Assembly: GCF_009914755.1 (NCBI RefSeq)
Contig: NC_060927.1
DNA from: the human T2T-CHM13v2.0 reference genome, Homo sapiens
DNA length: 64,000 bases
Strand: one strand, 5' to 3'
Made by a program: the position numbers and the translations under genes. Below the pieces are notes generated by a model, which searched no databases, was not told the DNA's origin, and worked only from the letters and a program-made list of their open reading frames with translations. Shown here piece by piece: positions 29,161 through 45,474 of this stretch (position 1 is the stretch's first letter; each line of letters opens with the position of its first letter).

Positions 29161-29735
29161 TGCCGAGGCTTGAGTAGGTAAACAAAGCAGCCAGGAAGCT
29201 CAAACTGAGTGAAGCCCACCGCAGCTCAAGGAGGCCTGCCTGCCTCCGTAGACTCCACCTCTGGGGGCAGGGCATAGCCAAACAAAAGGCATCAGAATCC
29301 TCTGCAGACTTGAATGTCCCTGTCCAACAGCTCTGAAGAGAGTAGTGGTTCTCCCAGCACGCAGCTGGAGATCTGAGAATGGACAGACTGCCTCCTCAAG
29401 TGGGTCCCTGACCTCCAAGTAGCCTAACTGGGAGGCACCCCCCAGTAGGGGCAGACTGACACCTCACACAGCCAGGTACTCGTCTGAGACAAAACTTCCA
29501 GAGGAACGATCAGGCAGCAACATTTGCTGCCCACAAATATATGCTGTTCTGCAGCCTCCGCTGCTGATACCCAGGCAAACAGGGTCTGGAGTGGACCTCC
29601 AGCAAACTCCAACAGACCTGCAGCTGAGGGTCCTGACTGTTAGAAGGAAAACTAACAAACAGAAAGGACATCCACACCCAAACCCCATCTGTACGTCACC
29701 ATCATCAAAGACCAAAGGTAGGTAAAACCACAAAG
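28708..29735 (+). promoter_or_regulatory. L1 5'UTR bidirectional promoter with YY1 site (28719-28727) and the 129-bp ZNF93-target segment (~29480-29608)
   Basis: CAAGATGGC at +12. The segment between GGTACT and CCAACAGACCTGCAGC, which L1PA2/L1HS lack, is present. Confidence 0.75.
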
Positions 29736-30749
29736 ATGGGGAAAAAACAGAGCAGAAAAACTGGAAACTCTAGAAATCAGAGCACCTCTCCTCCTCCAAA
29801 GGAACGCAGCTCCTCACCAGCAACGGAACAAAGCTGGATGGAGAATGACTTTGACAAGTTGAGAGAAGGCTTCAGACGATCAAACTACTCTGAGCTAAAG
29901 GAGGAAGTTCGAACCCATGGCAAAGAAGTTAAAAACCTTGAAAAAAAATTAGACGAATGGATAACTAGAATAACCAGTGCAGAGAAGTCCTTAAAGGACC
30001 TGATGGAGCTGAAAATCAAGGCACGAGAACTATGTGATGAATGCACAAGCCTCATTAGCCGATTTGATCAACTGGAAGAAAGGGTATCAGTGATGGAAGA
30101 TCAAATGAATGAAATGAAGCAAGAAGAGAAGTTTAGAGAAAAAAGAATAAAAAGAAATGAACAAAGCCTCCAAGAAATATGGGACTATGTGAAAAGACCA
30201 AATCTACATCTGATTGGTGTACCTGAAAGTGATGGGGAGAATGGAACCAAGTTGGAAAACACTCTGCAGGATATTATCCAGGAGAACTTCCCCAATCTAG
30301 CAAAGCAGGCCAACATTCAAATTCAGGAGATACAGAGAATGCCACAAAGATACTCCTCGAGAAGAGCAACTCCAAGACACATAATTGTCAGATTCACCAA
30401 AATTGAAATGAAGGAAAAAATGTTAAGGGCAGCCAGAGAGAAAGGTCGGGTTACCCACAAAGGGAAGCCCATTAGACTAACAGCAGATCTCTCAGCAGAA
30501 ACTCTACAAGCCAGAAGAGAGGCGGGGCCAATATTCAACATTCTTAAAGAAAAGAATTTTCAATCCAGAATTTCATATCCAGCCAAACTAAGCTTCATAA
30601 GTGAAGGAGAAATAAAATCCTTTACAGACAAGCAAATGCTGAGAGATTTTGTCACCACCAGGCCTGCCCTAAAAGAGCTCCTGAAGGAAGCACTAAACAT
30701 GGAAAGGAACAACCGGTACCAGCCGCTGCAAAAACATGACAAATTGTAA
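29736..30749 (+). CDS. L1 ORF1p (RNA-binding chaperone), uninterrupted 337 aa
   Basis: MGKKQSRKTGNS..REKG..QARRE..YPAKLSF..RYQPLQKHDKL; no stops or frameshifts. Confidence 0.92.
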   Translation: MGKKQSRKTGNSRNQSTSPPPKERSSSPATEQSWMENDFDKLREGFRRSNYSELKEEVRTHGKEVKNLEKKLDEWITRITSAEKSLKDLMELKIKARELCDECTSLISRFDQLEERVSVMEDQMNEMKQEEKFREKRIKRNEQSLQEIWDYVKRPNLHLIGVPESDGENGTKLENTLQDIIQENFPNLAKQANIQIQEIQRMPQRYSSRRATPRHIIVRFTKIEMKEKMLRAAREKGRVTHKGKPIRLTADLSAETLQARREAGPIFNILKEKNFQSRISYPAKLSFISEGEIKSFTDKQMLRDFVTTRPALKELLKEALNMERNNRYQPLQKHDKL

Positions 30750-30812
30750 AGACCATCGAGGCTAGGAAGAAACTGCATCAACTAACGAGCAAAATAACCA
30801 GCTAACATCATA

Positions 30813-34851
<4,039 letters not shown>

Positions 34852-35072
34852 ACAATGAGAATACATGGACACAGGAAGGGGAACATCACACACACGGGGG
34901 CCTGTTATGGGGTCGGAGGAGGGGGGAGGGATAGCATTAGGAGATATACCTAATGTTAAATGACGAGTTAATGGGTGCAGCACACCAACATGGCACATGT
35001 ATACACATGTAACTAACCTGCACGTTGTGCACATGTACCCTAAAACTTAAAGTATAATAAAAATAAATAAAT

Positions 35073-35516
35073 AAATAGTGAAAAAATAAAACAGATTTTA
35101 GTTTAAATGAGTTATTAATTTGTTATTTAAAAGATTAATATATCATTCACCGAGGCCAAATGAGACACTTGATTGTAATTTATATAAGGACAAATTTATA
35201 TGTAATATATATAAGGACAAATATATCTTAATGATATTTGTACACTGAATCTAAGCAGATAAAATAATATTATATTTTAATAAAATAATTTAAATAAACT
35301 TAATTTAAATAATTTAAACAGTGAGTAAAATAATTTAAAATAGTGAAAAATAAAATAATTTAAAATAGTGAAAAAATAAGACAGGTGTTAGTTTAAATGA
35401 GTTATTAATTTGTTATTTAAAAGATTAATTTATCATTCACCAAGGCCAAATGAGGCACTTGTTATTTATATAAGGACAAATAAATATATCTTAATGATAT
35501 TTGTACACTGAATCTA
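35073..35516 (+). repeat. Local direct duplication (~165-180 bp; copies ~35073-35254 and ~35363-35516)
   Basis: Both copies contain TTAGTTTAAATGAGTTATTAATTTGTTATTTAAAAGATTAAT.TATCATTCACC.AGGCCAAATGAG.CACTTG..TATCTTAATGATATTTGTACACTGAATCTAA. Confidence 0.9.
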
Positions 35517-37559
35517 ACTAGTGTGAAACCTAGCTACAAATAGAGTAGGTGTTTAATAAGTGTCTATTGAAATAAAATAACAAATAAGAAAGTTACATTT
35601 TAATGCCAAGACACATACCAGATAATATCAATGAAAACTGCAGAACTATTTTTTGTTTCATGTACTGTATTTTAATCTTAGGCACTTAATTCTAAACATA
35701 TTTGCAGGCACTCTTATTTCTAAAGTCTCCGAAGTTTTATTCATTCTTTCAGTGATTATTTTTTAATCAACTTCCATGTCTCAAGCACTATAACAGATAA
35801 GGTTCCTGTTCTCATGAAACTTACATTCTAGTAAGTTTACATTGAAATGATTCAATGAGTGTAAAGCACTTAGGGTATAGTACCTGGTACATAGTAAGTA
35901 TTCCACATTTATTAGCTATGATGATGATGATGGAAGACACCCATATATAGATGCTATTCGAAGCCATGAAACTAGATGAAATTATCTTGGGAGATAATGC
36001 AGCTAGAGAAAAGGGCTAGGGGCTGAGCTCCTTGTGCTTCCCAGCATTTAGAGTGAATCTAAGATTAAGAATAATCAACAGAACCTGAGAAGATAGCCAG
36101 AATATTGCCAAGAGAGAGAAAATAACTGGGTCACATGCTGCGTAATATTTGAATTCGATAAGAACAGAGAATTAAATTTTGAAATTGCCAATATAGACCA
36201 TCATTCATCACCTTGAAAAGAGCTGTTTCTGTGGAGGAGTGAAAAAGAAAGCTCAATTGGAATGGATAGAAAAGAGACTGAGGAAAAGGCAAATCATAAA
36301 AGGAGAGTCATGAATGGCCAAGAAGTATAAGGTGAGGTGCTCAGCTCCAAAAGGAAGCAGAGAACTGCAAGTTAAACCAAAGACACTACTTTGTATTCTT
36401 CATATTGGCAAAAATTAGAAAAATAGCTGTTTCTAATGAATATTAGCTGCTTCTAATAAATGTTATAAAGCAGGAGCCTTTATTCAGTGAAGTAGGAATG
36501 TAAGCTAGTGCCTCCATTTTGGGAACCATTTGGCAGTATTTATGTGTATTCCTATGATCTCATACTTAATACCTAATACCGCCCTGGAGACATACTGCAG
36601 ACAAATTGTCCTATAAGTACACAACAAGATGGGTAAAAAACTTTCATTGTAGGATTATTTATGGTGACAAGGTTTCAGGTAACCTAGGTTCTATCACTAT
36701 GGTACTGGATAAGTAAAATGTGGTATGTGCACATGATGAAATATTATGTATCAGTCAGAGCAGAGTGAATCATATCTACATGTAGCTACATGGATAGGTC
36801 TCAAAAAACATAATATTGACTAAAAAGAATAAGAGTCAAAATGAGACTTGTAGTTTAACTTGATTTGTGTAATTTTTAAAACACCTTCAAAACGAATAAT
36901 TTTTTCACATGTTAAGATGCAGGTTAGAAGGTATACATTAAATTCACAAGCATAAATGCTCTCTAGAATGGATCATTCCCAAATGAAAATGAACATCTCA
37001 GTTTCACCCACATTAAAAACGAAACAAAACTGACAACGCTCCTTGTTACCATATTCACCTCCAGCTGCAATTCAGTTTTTCTGCTCCCTATTCATGGAAT
37101 CAAATGGGGTGTCTTTAATTGCTGTTTCAAACATTATCTCCTCCCCACTACCCTCCAAAAAGCTTTCTTGCCCTTTTTTGTTTGTTTTCTTTTGTACCTT
37201 GGGCACATAGAACAGAGTTGATTAGACTCTGTAGTACAAAACATGCTATCATCCTTGACCCGTGCCAGCAACGCCCCCCTCTAATTAATATACCTATAAA
37301 TTTTTCTAACAGAAAAATAGAATAATACAACATGTATGTGTTCCCATCATCCATAGTTAACAAGTTTTAAAATTTTGCCATAGTTGCACTATAGATTGTT
37401 AAAGAAGAAAAAGACAATTAACACTTCCATTTTTACTCCTCCCCATACAAAGATAGCTACTGGTGACACCAGGTCCAAGTGCAAAAACAGCATATCCTCA
37501 AGGTGAGAAGTGATGAGATTCAGGGCAGAAGTGGAAGAGTAGCCTTCATGCCACCACCA

Positions 37560-37750
37560 ATGATAATAGCTAACATGTGCGTGTTACTCCCAATGTGCCT
37601 GCAACTATTCCCCTTCTTTACATACATTAAGTAATTTAATTATCAGAACAGTCCTGTATGATAGTGACTATTTTACAGATAATGAAACTGGAGTTAACAG
37701 TTAACAGGAAGCAGAGCCAGGATTTGAAATTAGGCAGTCTGGCACTCTAA
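37560..37750 (-). mobile_element. MIR fragment
   Basis: ATTTTACAGATAATGAAACTG..GCAGAGCCAGGATTTGAAATTAGGCAGTCTG. Confidence 0.65.
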
Positions 37751-39442
37751 AGAGCTCCTGCATGACACCTTTAAACTATCCTGTCACAGACAAGTGTTGA
37801 GTTCTTGTTTTTCCTTGTCTTCAATTACCTATACAATAAAAAAGTACAGCCTTCTATTTTACATTAAAAAAAAAATTTCCCTGATCTCTGGGTGCCAGTT
37901 CATCTGCCTGCTTGTTCTTCCATTATGCTACTTTAACCTGGAATCATTTTCCTCCACATAGCACTTTGAACCAGATTTTTAAATGTTTTGCGTTTCCTTT
38001 ATCCAGTAAGTTTTAAGCTTGAAATAACTTTCCACTATATAGGTTTTAGTTACTGTTTTCTCAAACATTATACTAACTTAATGTGCCCTCCAAGTGACTA
38101 TGAAGTTTTATATCAGCCTATAAAATAGCTAATTATGAATACCTTTTATATTTGTAGTTTCTAGAAACCTGTAGGGATAGCAGGATTCTCTTAAATGACT
38201 GATTATCCCAAATCTGATGCCTGTGTAATGCTATCCAGCAAACAGCTGGCTTCATATGAAGAGAGGTTAAGAACTCTTTCTGTCTTGTTCATTTAAAATC
38301 ATTTACTTCTTATTTAATATCTGCAAAGAACACAGTCACATCATAGTAGAATTTACTGTTGTAAATTTTTGATTGTTTCCATGGGTTCTGCCTTACATCT
38401 GCATGGTGTTTAAAGCCAATGCTTCCTTTATTTTTGTAGGCATTTAGGGCCTTGTTCCTCATAATCCAATGTCATGCTGAGTGACAGAAAATTAAAGTCG
38501 AATTTCTTTAACTATAGAGAAGGACTGGGCAGAACAATAATACACTTATTTAACAACTCCTTGCCTCAGAAACTGAAGGAGCTGTTTTGTGCAGGTGGCT
38601 TAATCTCTCTGCAGCTTATCCTAATGGTGTTTCTTTATTTATTAAGGACAGGAACTGGGCACTCTGCTTCTAAAAACAAAAGGACCAGACTAGTCTACCA
38701 GAACCTATAGTGAACTAGTAGGATGTTTATATTTCATTCAGAAGAGCAAAGCTTTGAATTAGCTGCCATTTTTACTGTCTATTATTCTACTAATTCTCAG
38801 GTAATTGAGAATTAACTGCATAAAATTACATATCAAGTACCAGTTCTTTGAAGTTCATTTTAAGATAAGTCTTCCTTTTAATTTATAGCTGCATTTAGAA
38901 GTAATAACATAAAATTTATCATATGGGCTCAGACCTATGCTTCATCTAGTTTAGGATCATATCCTGACAAAAGCACCAGGGGCCATTTAATAGTAAGGTG
39001 TGATTGTTCTCTCTGATGAAATCTTCTCATGGAATCAGTCACAGTAACACCATAATTTTATTAATATTTTTATTAACTATAATATATATTTAAGCTTTCT
39101 AAAACTAAAATCTAAACCACCTTTTGGAGTTAGAAATTCTACCAGTTTACTGCATATTTCATTGTTAAGTAATTCTTTTCATTTGTCTTAAGTATACCTC
39201 TTTAAGGATTCTGGGAATATGGTAACAGATTTGTAGCCACACTTACCACACTCTTATGGACAATATCATATTCTCTTGCAGCTTTTATATCTCAAGAGTT
39301 TATATTTCAAGTGTGAGAGATATAAGAACTTTAGGATCAGGCAGACCTGAGTTTGAATTATAGGATCTAACTAGCTGAGTGACCTTGATAAGTTAATTAC
39401 TCTAATCCTTAGAGTTTTCTTGGTAGTTGTGACTATACATGA

Positions 39443-40900
39443 AATTATATGAAATCAATAAAACCTAACAAGTATGGGTCATCTACTCTACACCATTACC
39501 TAATAAGTTTTTTCAGACCCGGGAAGGCTTATTGCATGGAATACAGATGGAGCCAGTGGACCTCACAGTAAACAAGTGGAGTTCACCCGTTTGGCTGGGA
39601 ATTCTTCCTCTCTGAAGTTCCCATCCTTGAACTGGAGAGCCTCTCCAGAGCTGAGCATGCCTTCTTCCAGCCCATGATGAAAAATACTCACTCTCTTCTC
39701 TGGGCATGCAGCCCTTTGGCGTGCCACTCTCCATGCCACCGGTGATGGCAGCTGCCTTCTCCTGGCACAGAATACAGAGCCTAGGGATCCTGCCTGGTGG
39801 TGGTATGGTCTGTCCCCTTTATGTAAATGAGTTACCTCCAGCAGCCTCTCATTGTTTCCTTGTTGGAGGAAATGGAGAATTCAAATAGTAGCATGCAAGT
39901 ACCTGTAATTGAATCATATAAGAAGCCTATAGCATAGGAAAAAAAATTGAACCTGTGATCAAACAACAGAGGACAGATTATTATCCTGAAGAAATGTCAC
40001 CCCCCCTTAATGAACTCAGTGCCCACCCCTTGCAACAAGCATTGTTGCAAGAGAATCTCCCTTAGGTCATAGTGCAGCCTGGGAAGAGACCTTTACTGAT
40101 GGAATTGGTGGATAACTCAAAGGAAGCAGAGGATACACAGATGTGATTATGACATATGCAACAAAGTATACACTAAAAGTTTCCACGTGAAATCATACAG
40201 AAGAACACACACAGGAGATAAACCCTACAAATGTACATGGGATGGATGCATATGGAAGTTTGCTCTGTCTGATAAATAAGACATTTCTGAAAACATACTG
40301 GAGTCAAATCTTTTTGGTGCCTGGACTGTAACCACAGCTTCTGTTCTGACCATCTTGCCTTCTACAGGAAACGCCACATGCTAGACTGAATGCCTTTGTC
40401 TCCCACCTCAACATGACTCCCTACTCACCTGGCTCTTTCTCTATACTCCCACCATTATCTATCACACTTTTTACATGTACATTTTAATTTTGATTCAGCT
40501 GGTCTGATCCTCTGAATTTATATCATCCAAAACTTCCATATGGTCAGTAGCAGGTACTCTCTAATCCTCCCTCTCCTTACCATGGGTGACCTAAAAAATG
40601 AGAACTTTTTTTAGAGATGCTAAGCAAACTATTCTTAGAGATAGATAAAGTTAATGTAATAAGAACAAGAAAACATGTAAACTAAGAAACAAAAATTAAT
40701 GTATGTAAAAGCACTGGATAAACAAAGGTTTATACAAATGTCTGGTAAATGCTAATTAAAACATTTGTTTAGAGTGAATTTATTTTCTAATTTAAGGAAC
40801 TAACTCTTTGTAAAATAAAGTTAAGAATGCCGATTTATATAGTTTTATGTATTTATATGGATGCATAAAGATTTTAAAGTTTACTATTAAAATATGTCAC
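39443..40900 (+). pseudogene. Processed, 5'-truncated pseudogene of KLF3 (possibly the annotated KLF3P2)
   Basis: Intronless run translating to [79 protein letters not shown] and RKRHMLD* (stop ~40389), with frameshifts and stops. Followed by AT-rich UTR-like sequence; 3' limit approximate. Confidence 0.9.
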
Positions 40901-41758
40901 TGAAACACCTGAACAGATGGAACATAGAAATTTTACAACTCCAGTGTTTTGAACATTTTTTTTCTGGAGACACCAACCAGTCTATCAGTTTGTTTTCCAT
41001 TATAACTTATTCTCAAAAAGCGTACCAGCAAGGGCTGTCACTGGGGCTGGGGTTCAGATCACAGTTTCCACACACAGGACAATGGAAGGACTTAGATAAT
41101 TCAAGCCATTTGTTCTTTCTGCTATGGTTTCAGTTCTGCATTCACACACTTGTTAGACAGGGCTGCTTGAATAATAATCCTCAAATACTGCTTACATTCT
41201 CCAGTTAAAGACTCTATGGAAGCCAGTTTCCTGCTTGTATTCTCTTGGTTTTGAAAGTCACTAAAATGCCTTTTAGATGCTGCCCAGAGTTAACACGTTC
41301 TTTACTATGAGCCTGGAACATGATTTGTCTGTTTTAGTTCTAGCAGGAAGACTCAGCCATGCTTCACAGTTCCAGACCACAAAAGTGAGCTCAGGCAATC
41401 ATGTGTTTTAGAAACAAGACACGTGATCAGAAATTCTTATGTTTGTCAGCTACATACATTTCCTTTGAAAACATTAGTAAAATTTAGCCTATTAGCTGTT
41501 TGAAAATCAGCATGGTGGTGGGGGCAGAAAGAGGCCAACAAATTGGGCCTGTCAAAACCCATTAAGTCTGTGGGGTGTTAGGATAGGGAGGGCTGAGTAG
41601 GCAATGATAAGTTGCATATGGACATACAGGCAAAGTGGAATAAGCAGCTGCCTTATTCTTCAGGAGCTGACTAGCAACAAAAGAATATGGTTTACTCTAT
41701 GAAAATATCTGGACACTTAAAATGTACTAATCAGATGAAATACATTGTGTCATTTCAG

Positions 41759-41840
41759 ATTTACAATGTCTAGTAGAGGCACTTGGATTAAAACTTCAGA
41801 AGGCGGTGACAGAGATGGACAACTATAAAGAAATGCTTAT
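41759..41840 (+). CDS. LEKR1: Internal coding exon, 82 bp, phase 1-2: (D)LQCLVEALGLKLQKAVTEMDNYKEML(M)
   Basis: Acceptor catttcag|AT and donor CTTAT|gtaag. G+AT gives Asp with the upstream exon and AT+G gives Met with the downstream exon. Too short for the ORF track. Confidence 0.85.
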
Positions 41841-42380
41841 GTAAGATGGAGAATATTAAACAACTTATAACAATGCTCTGTAGATGTGTTACAAAATGGC
41901 AAGAATTAGGAAGAAATGACAAGAATTATAAAGACCCTGGTGTGTTCTCTGTGATTCTTTTGGCAGTGATTTACTGGTGTGGGTAATAGTTTACTGCTGC
42001 TTTTCTTGCCCACTTTACTGGCCTAGATTATATATTGAAGAACCTGTAAATATTTTTAAATACATGGAGGATTTCTTTCTCTCAATAAGAAACTTACTTA
42101 TCCATATATTAAAGCTTTCCCTGATAGTTCAAATGCAGTAACTTAATGTGAAATAGTCTTTGAACTTTTTTCTTATCTTTGTTTCTTTATTATCTCTCCA
42201 CAAGAAACAATATTGAACTTGTATCTCAAAATTACTAATTTTAGCTTCAAAGAGAGAGTTGAGTAGCTTTGAAATGCTGAAGTACTTATGCTTGATATAA
42301 GTGAGAAAGAAATATTGGAAAACACGTGATAAGAAAATGATGTAAAATCAAGAACACTATTTCTTTTAAAAATTAATTTT

Positions 42381-42649
<269 letters not shown>

Positions 42650-43477
42650 CTATAATTATAATACTAAAATAGTATGTATATAATCTTTGAAAAGTAAGTA
42701 GATTCTTTTACTTTATGATATATATGATTTTCAGTTCCTATATTTTAGGAGGATGAACCTCATAAAAACATAAATATTTAGAATGCTTAGCAACCAAATG
42801 TTTGTGTTGACCATGAACTACTCCTAAAATCAATGTGTTTAATAAAATACTGAACACAAGAAGGAACAAATACCAAAAATACCCTATCAAATTAATGTAT
42901 ACTTGGATTATTTGTAACAAAATAGTTTGTTTCTGAAAAGGAAAATAAAATATTCATACTTTATAACACTGTGGTTAATAGTACAGTAAGTATAGTAGTT
43001 CAGGTGTCTGTGTAGATGGCTGGGGTTGAAGGAATTGGTGGACGGGGGTCCTTAGAAGACCCCCTAGGCCCAGGAAGTAACTTTTTGGGAGATTGTTTTA
43101 AATCATGAAAAGAAACAAGGTGATGGTTGCTAGAAAAAAAAAAATCGTTGTTGCTGTCCCTCTAATAACATCAAGGAGGGGTTTGGCCATGTGGATATCT
43201 CTTGTGGAAAGCAGTCTAGTCAGGCCCCAGCTACTGTGTGATGATTGCTTCTTGGAGTGAAGAGGGCACAGTCTAGGCATAGGGAGGTGGTGTTAGCACA
43301 CAACTAAGCTAAGAGGGAATTTGTGGGCATACCAAGACTTAGCATATATAGTGGAGTCTTAGAAAGTTAGGAAAGAAGCTTAACATAGAAATGAGCATAG
43401 TGAAGAAAAGGAATAAACTTACTGGTAGTGACATGAATTGATATTTTACAGAATAAGTTGGCACAGAATTCTGTGTA

Positions 43478-43823
43478 TATTCATGTTCTGCATAATGACA
43501 TTTTGGTCAGTGACAGACCATGTATACAAAGATGGTCCTATAAGATTATAATACCGTATATTTACTGTACCTTTTCTATGGTCAGATATGTTTAGATATG
43601 CAAATACTTACCATTGTGTTACAATTACCTACACTATTCAATACATTAGCATTCTGTATAGGTTTGTAGCCTAGGAACAATAGGCTATATCGTATAGCCT
43701 ACGTGTGTAGTAGGTTATTCCATCTTGGTTTGTGTACACTCAAGGATGTTCACACAATGACAAAATTGCGTAATGACACATTTCTTGGAATGTACCCCTG
43801 TTGTAAAGCAATGAATGACTGTG
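43478..43823 (+). mobile_element. Tigger3a/MER7-like DNA transposon MITE
   Basis: CATAATGACATTTTGGTCAGTGACAGACC..AAGATTATAATACCGTATTTTACTGTACCTTTTCTATG..AAGCAATGAATGACTG. Confidence 0.8.
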
Positions 43824-44714
43824 CATGGAGCCTGCCCATTTAATATTAACACATGCTTTGTGGTATTTTTGTTTATTATAATTTTAACATAACTTGTGCT
43901 GAGAAATGGTGAGAGTCAGGGTAGACTGGAGATGCAGGGAGAAATACACCACTAAAGTCCATCAAACTAATTATCTGTAGGAAGTTACTGTATAATTGCA
44001 GAAATGCTGATGATGTTTTATCAGTTTATAAAACTAATGTTTCCTACACGTACAAGACCTTCTTAACAATTAAAAAATGGAGATGATGCCCATTTTTAGA
44101 AATGCGAATTAGGAAAGATAGAGCCACTTAAATGGCTCCAAGTGCTGGAGACCTTTCTCTATGCTACCTGTCTCTAGCTCTTCCATCTATACTCTATCTA
44201 CTCTCCTTTACTGCTAGGATTAAGTTGAGGAGTATGGGCATTTAGGATCAAAGCCTGGGACTGCTTAAAGCCTCAGGTTGCTCAGAGGTCAGGAGGTGAG
44301 GCTAGAGTCAAATGTGTGGCTTCGCCATTTTTGTAATGATAAGTTTGAAGTCAAAACAATTCATTCAAAAAATTTGATATATTAATACAATTTGTTAGTA
44401 AACTCAAGATTTCCTGTGCACCCTCAAACCTCTTTGGACTTCCAGAAATTGGAATATGCTATGAAATCAGGTTTCTTCCATTTTTAATCCTTATTCTTTG
44501 TGGGGGCTGGGAATAGGAATGTTTGTCACCTGTAAGTTAATTCTTTGTGTTGTTTAAAGATTTTTAAATATTTGGATATAAGTTTTGTGAATTTTGACAA
44601 TAAAAGGAAGAAGCAATTTATAAATGGGTGAAACTGGGGTTCTTTTTCCAAGATTTTTAAGAAAATATTTTCCAAGGTTTAAAAGAACGTTGTTATGTAT
44701 TTAAAAATAGAGAT

Positions 44715-45200
44715 TTTATCAGAATGCTTTGGGCTGCAAGTAACAGAGGTAGGATAATGTCAGTTTTAGTTGATAAGAGTCTCAGCAATATCCCCAAGGA
44801 TCTTGATGTTCTTTCTGTCTCCATCCTGCTGCCCTCAGCACTGGCTTCAACCCAAAGCTAAGTCAGGTCCCTATAATCGCAAGATGGCTGCAGTTCCTCC
44901 ACTCTAGAGGCCTCATTTGGATATGGTGCCTGCAGGCAGGAAGGGACTGGTTTTCTAGTGTCTTTTTAGAAGTGAGAAAAAAGAATTATCAGATGCCACC
45001 AAACAGCATTCTCCTTATATTTCCTTGTCTAGAACCCTTTACATATCCTCTCCTAAGTGAACCACTGGCAAGGGGAACAGGGCTGCTACAATTACCTTAG
45101 ACCAAGCAAGATTTATCCTTAGAACAAATAATAATTGGAACTCTGATGGGCAGGAAATAAGCTGTAGTGAATGTTCAGAAGGTAACCAGTAGCGTTTGCT
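44715..45200. mobile_element. Old MaLR LTR remnant (MLT1J/K-like) in the inverted-repeat spacer
   Basis: TTATCAGAATGCTTTGGGCTGCAAGTAACAGA and CAAGATGGCTGCAG motifs. Confidence 0.55.
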
Positions 45201-45406
45201 AAAGAGGTAGAGCTTTAATGATGCTCTGAGAGCTTGATGAAATTTTCTACAAATTTTATTTTTAAGTACTATAATATCTAGATTAATTAAGGGAACACCT
45301 CCCTGAAATAATGAAAAATATGAAGACTATAAAATCTAGTTCTATTGCTTTTAAACATATATGGATATAAAATATACTTTTATTACTTTCATATATATAT
45401 GAATAT

Positions 45407-45421
45407 GTGTGTGTGTGTGTG

Positions 45422-45474
<53 letters not shown>
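45407..45474. repeat. Compound microsatellite (TG)n(GATA)n, about 13 GATA units
   Basis: Direct reading. Confidence 0.95.
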
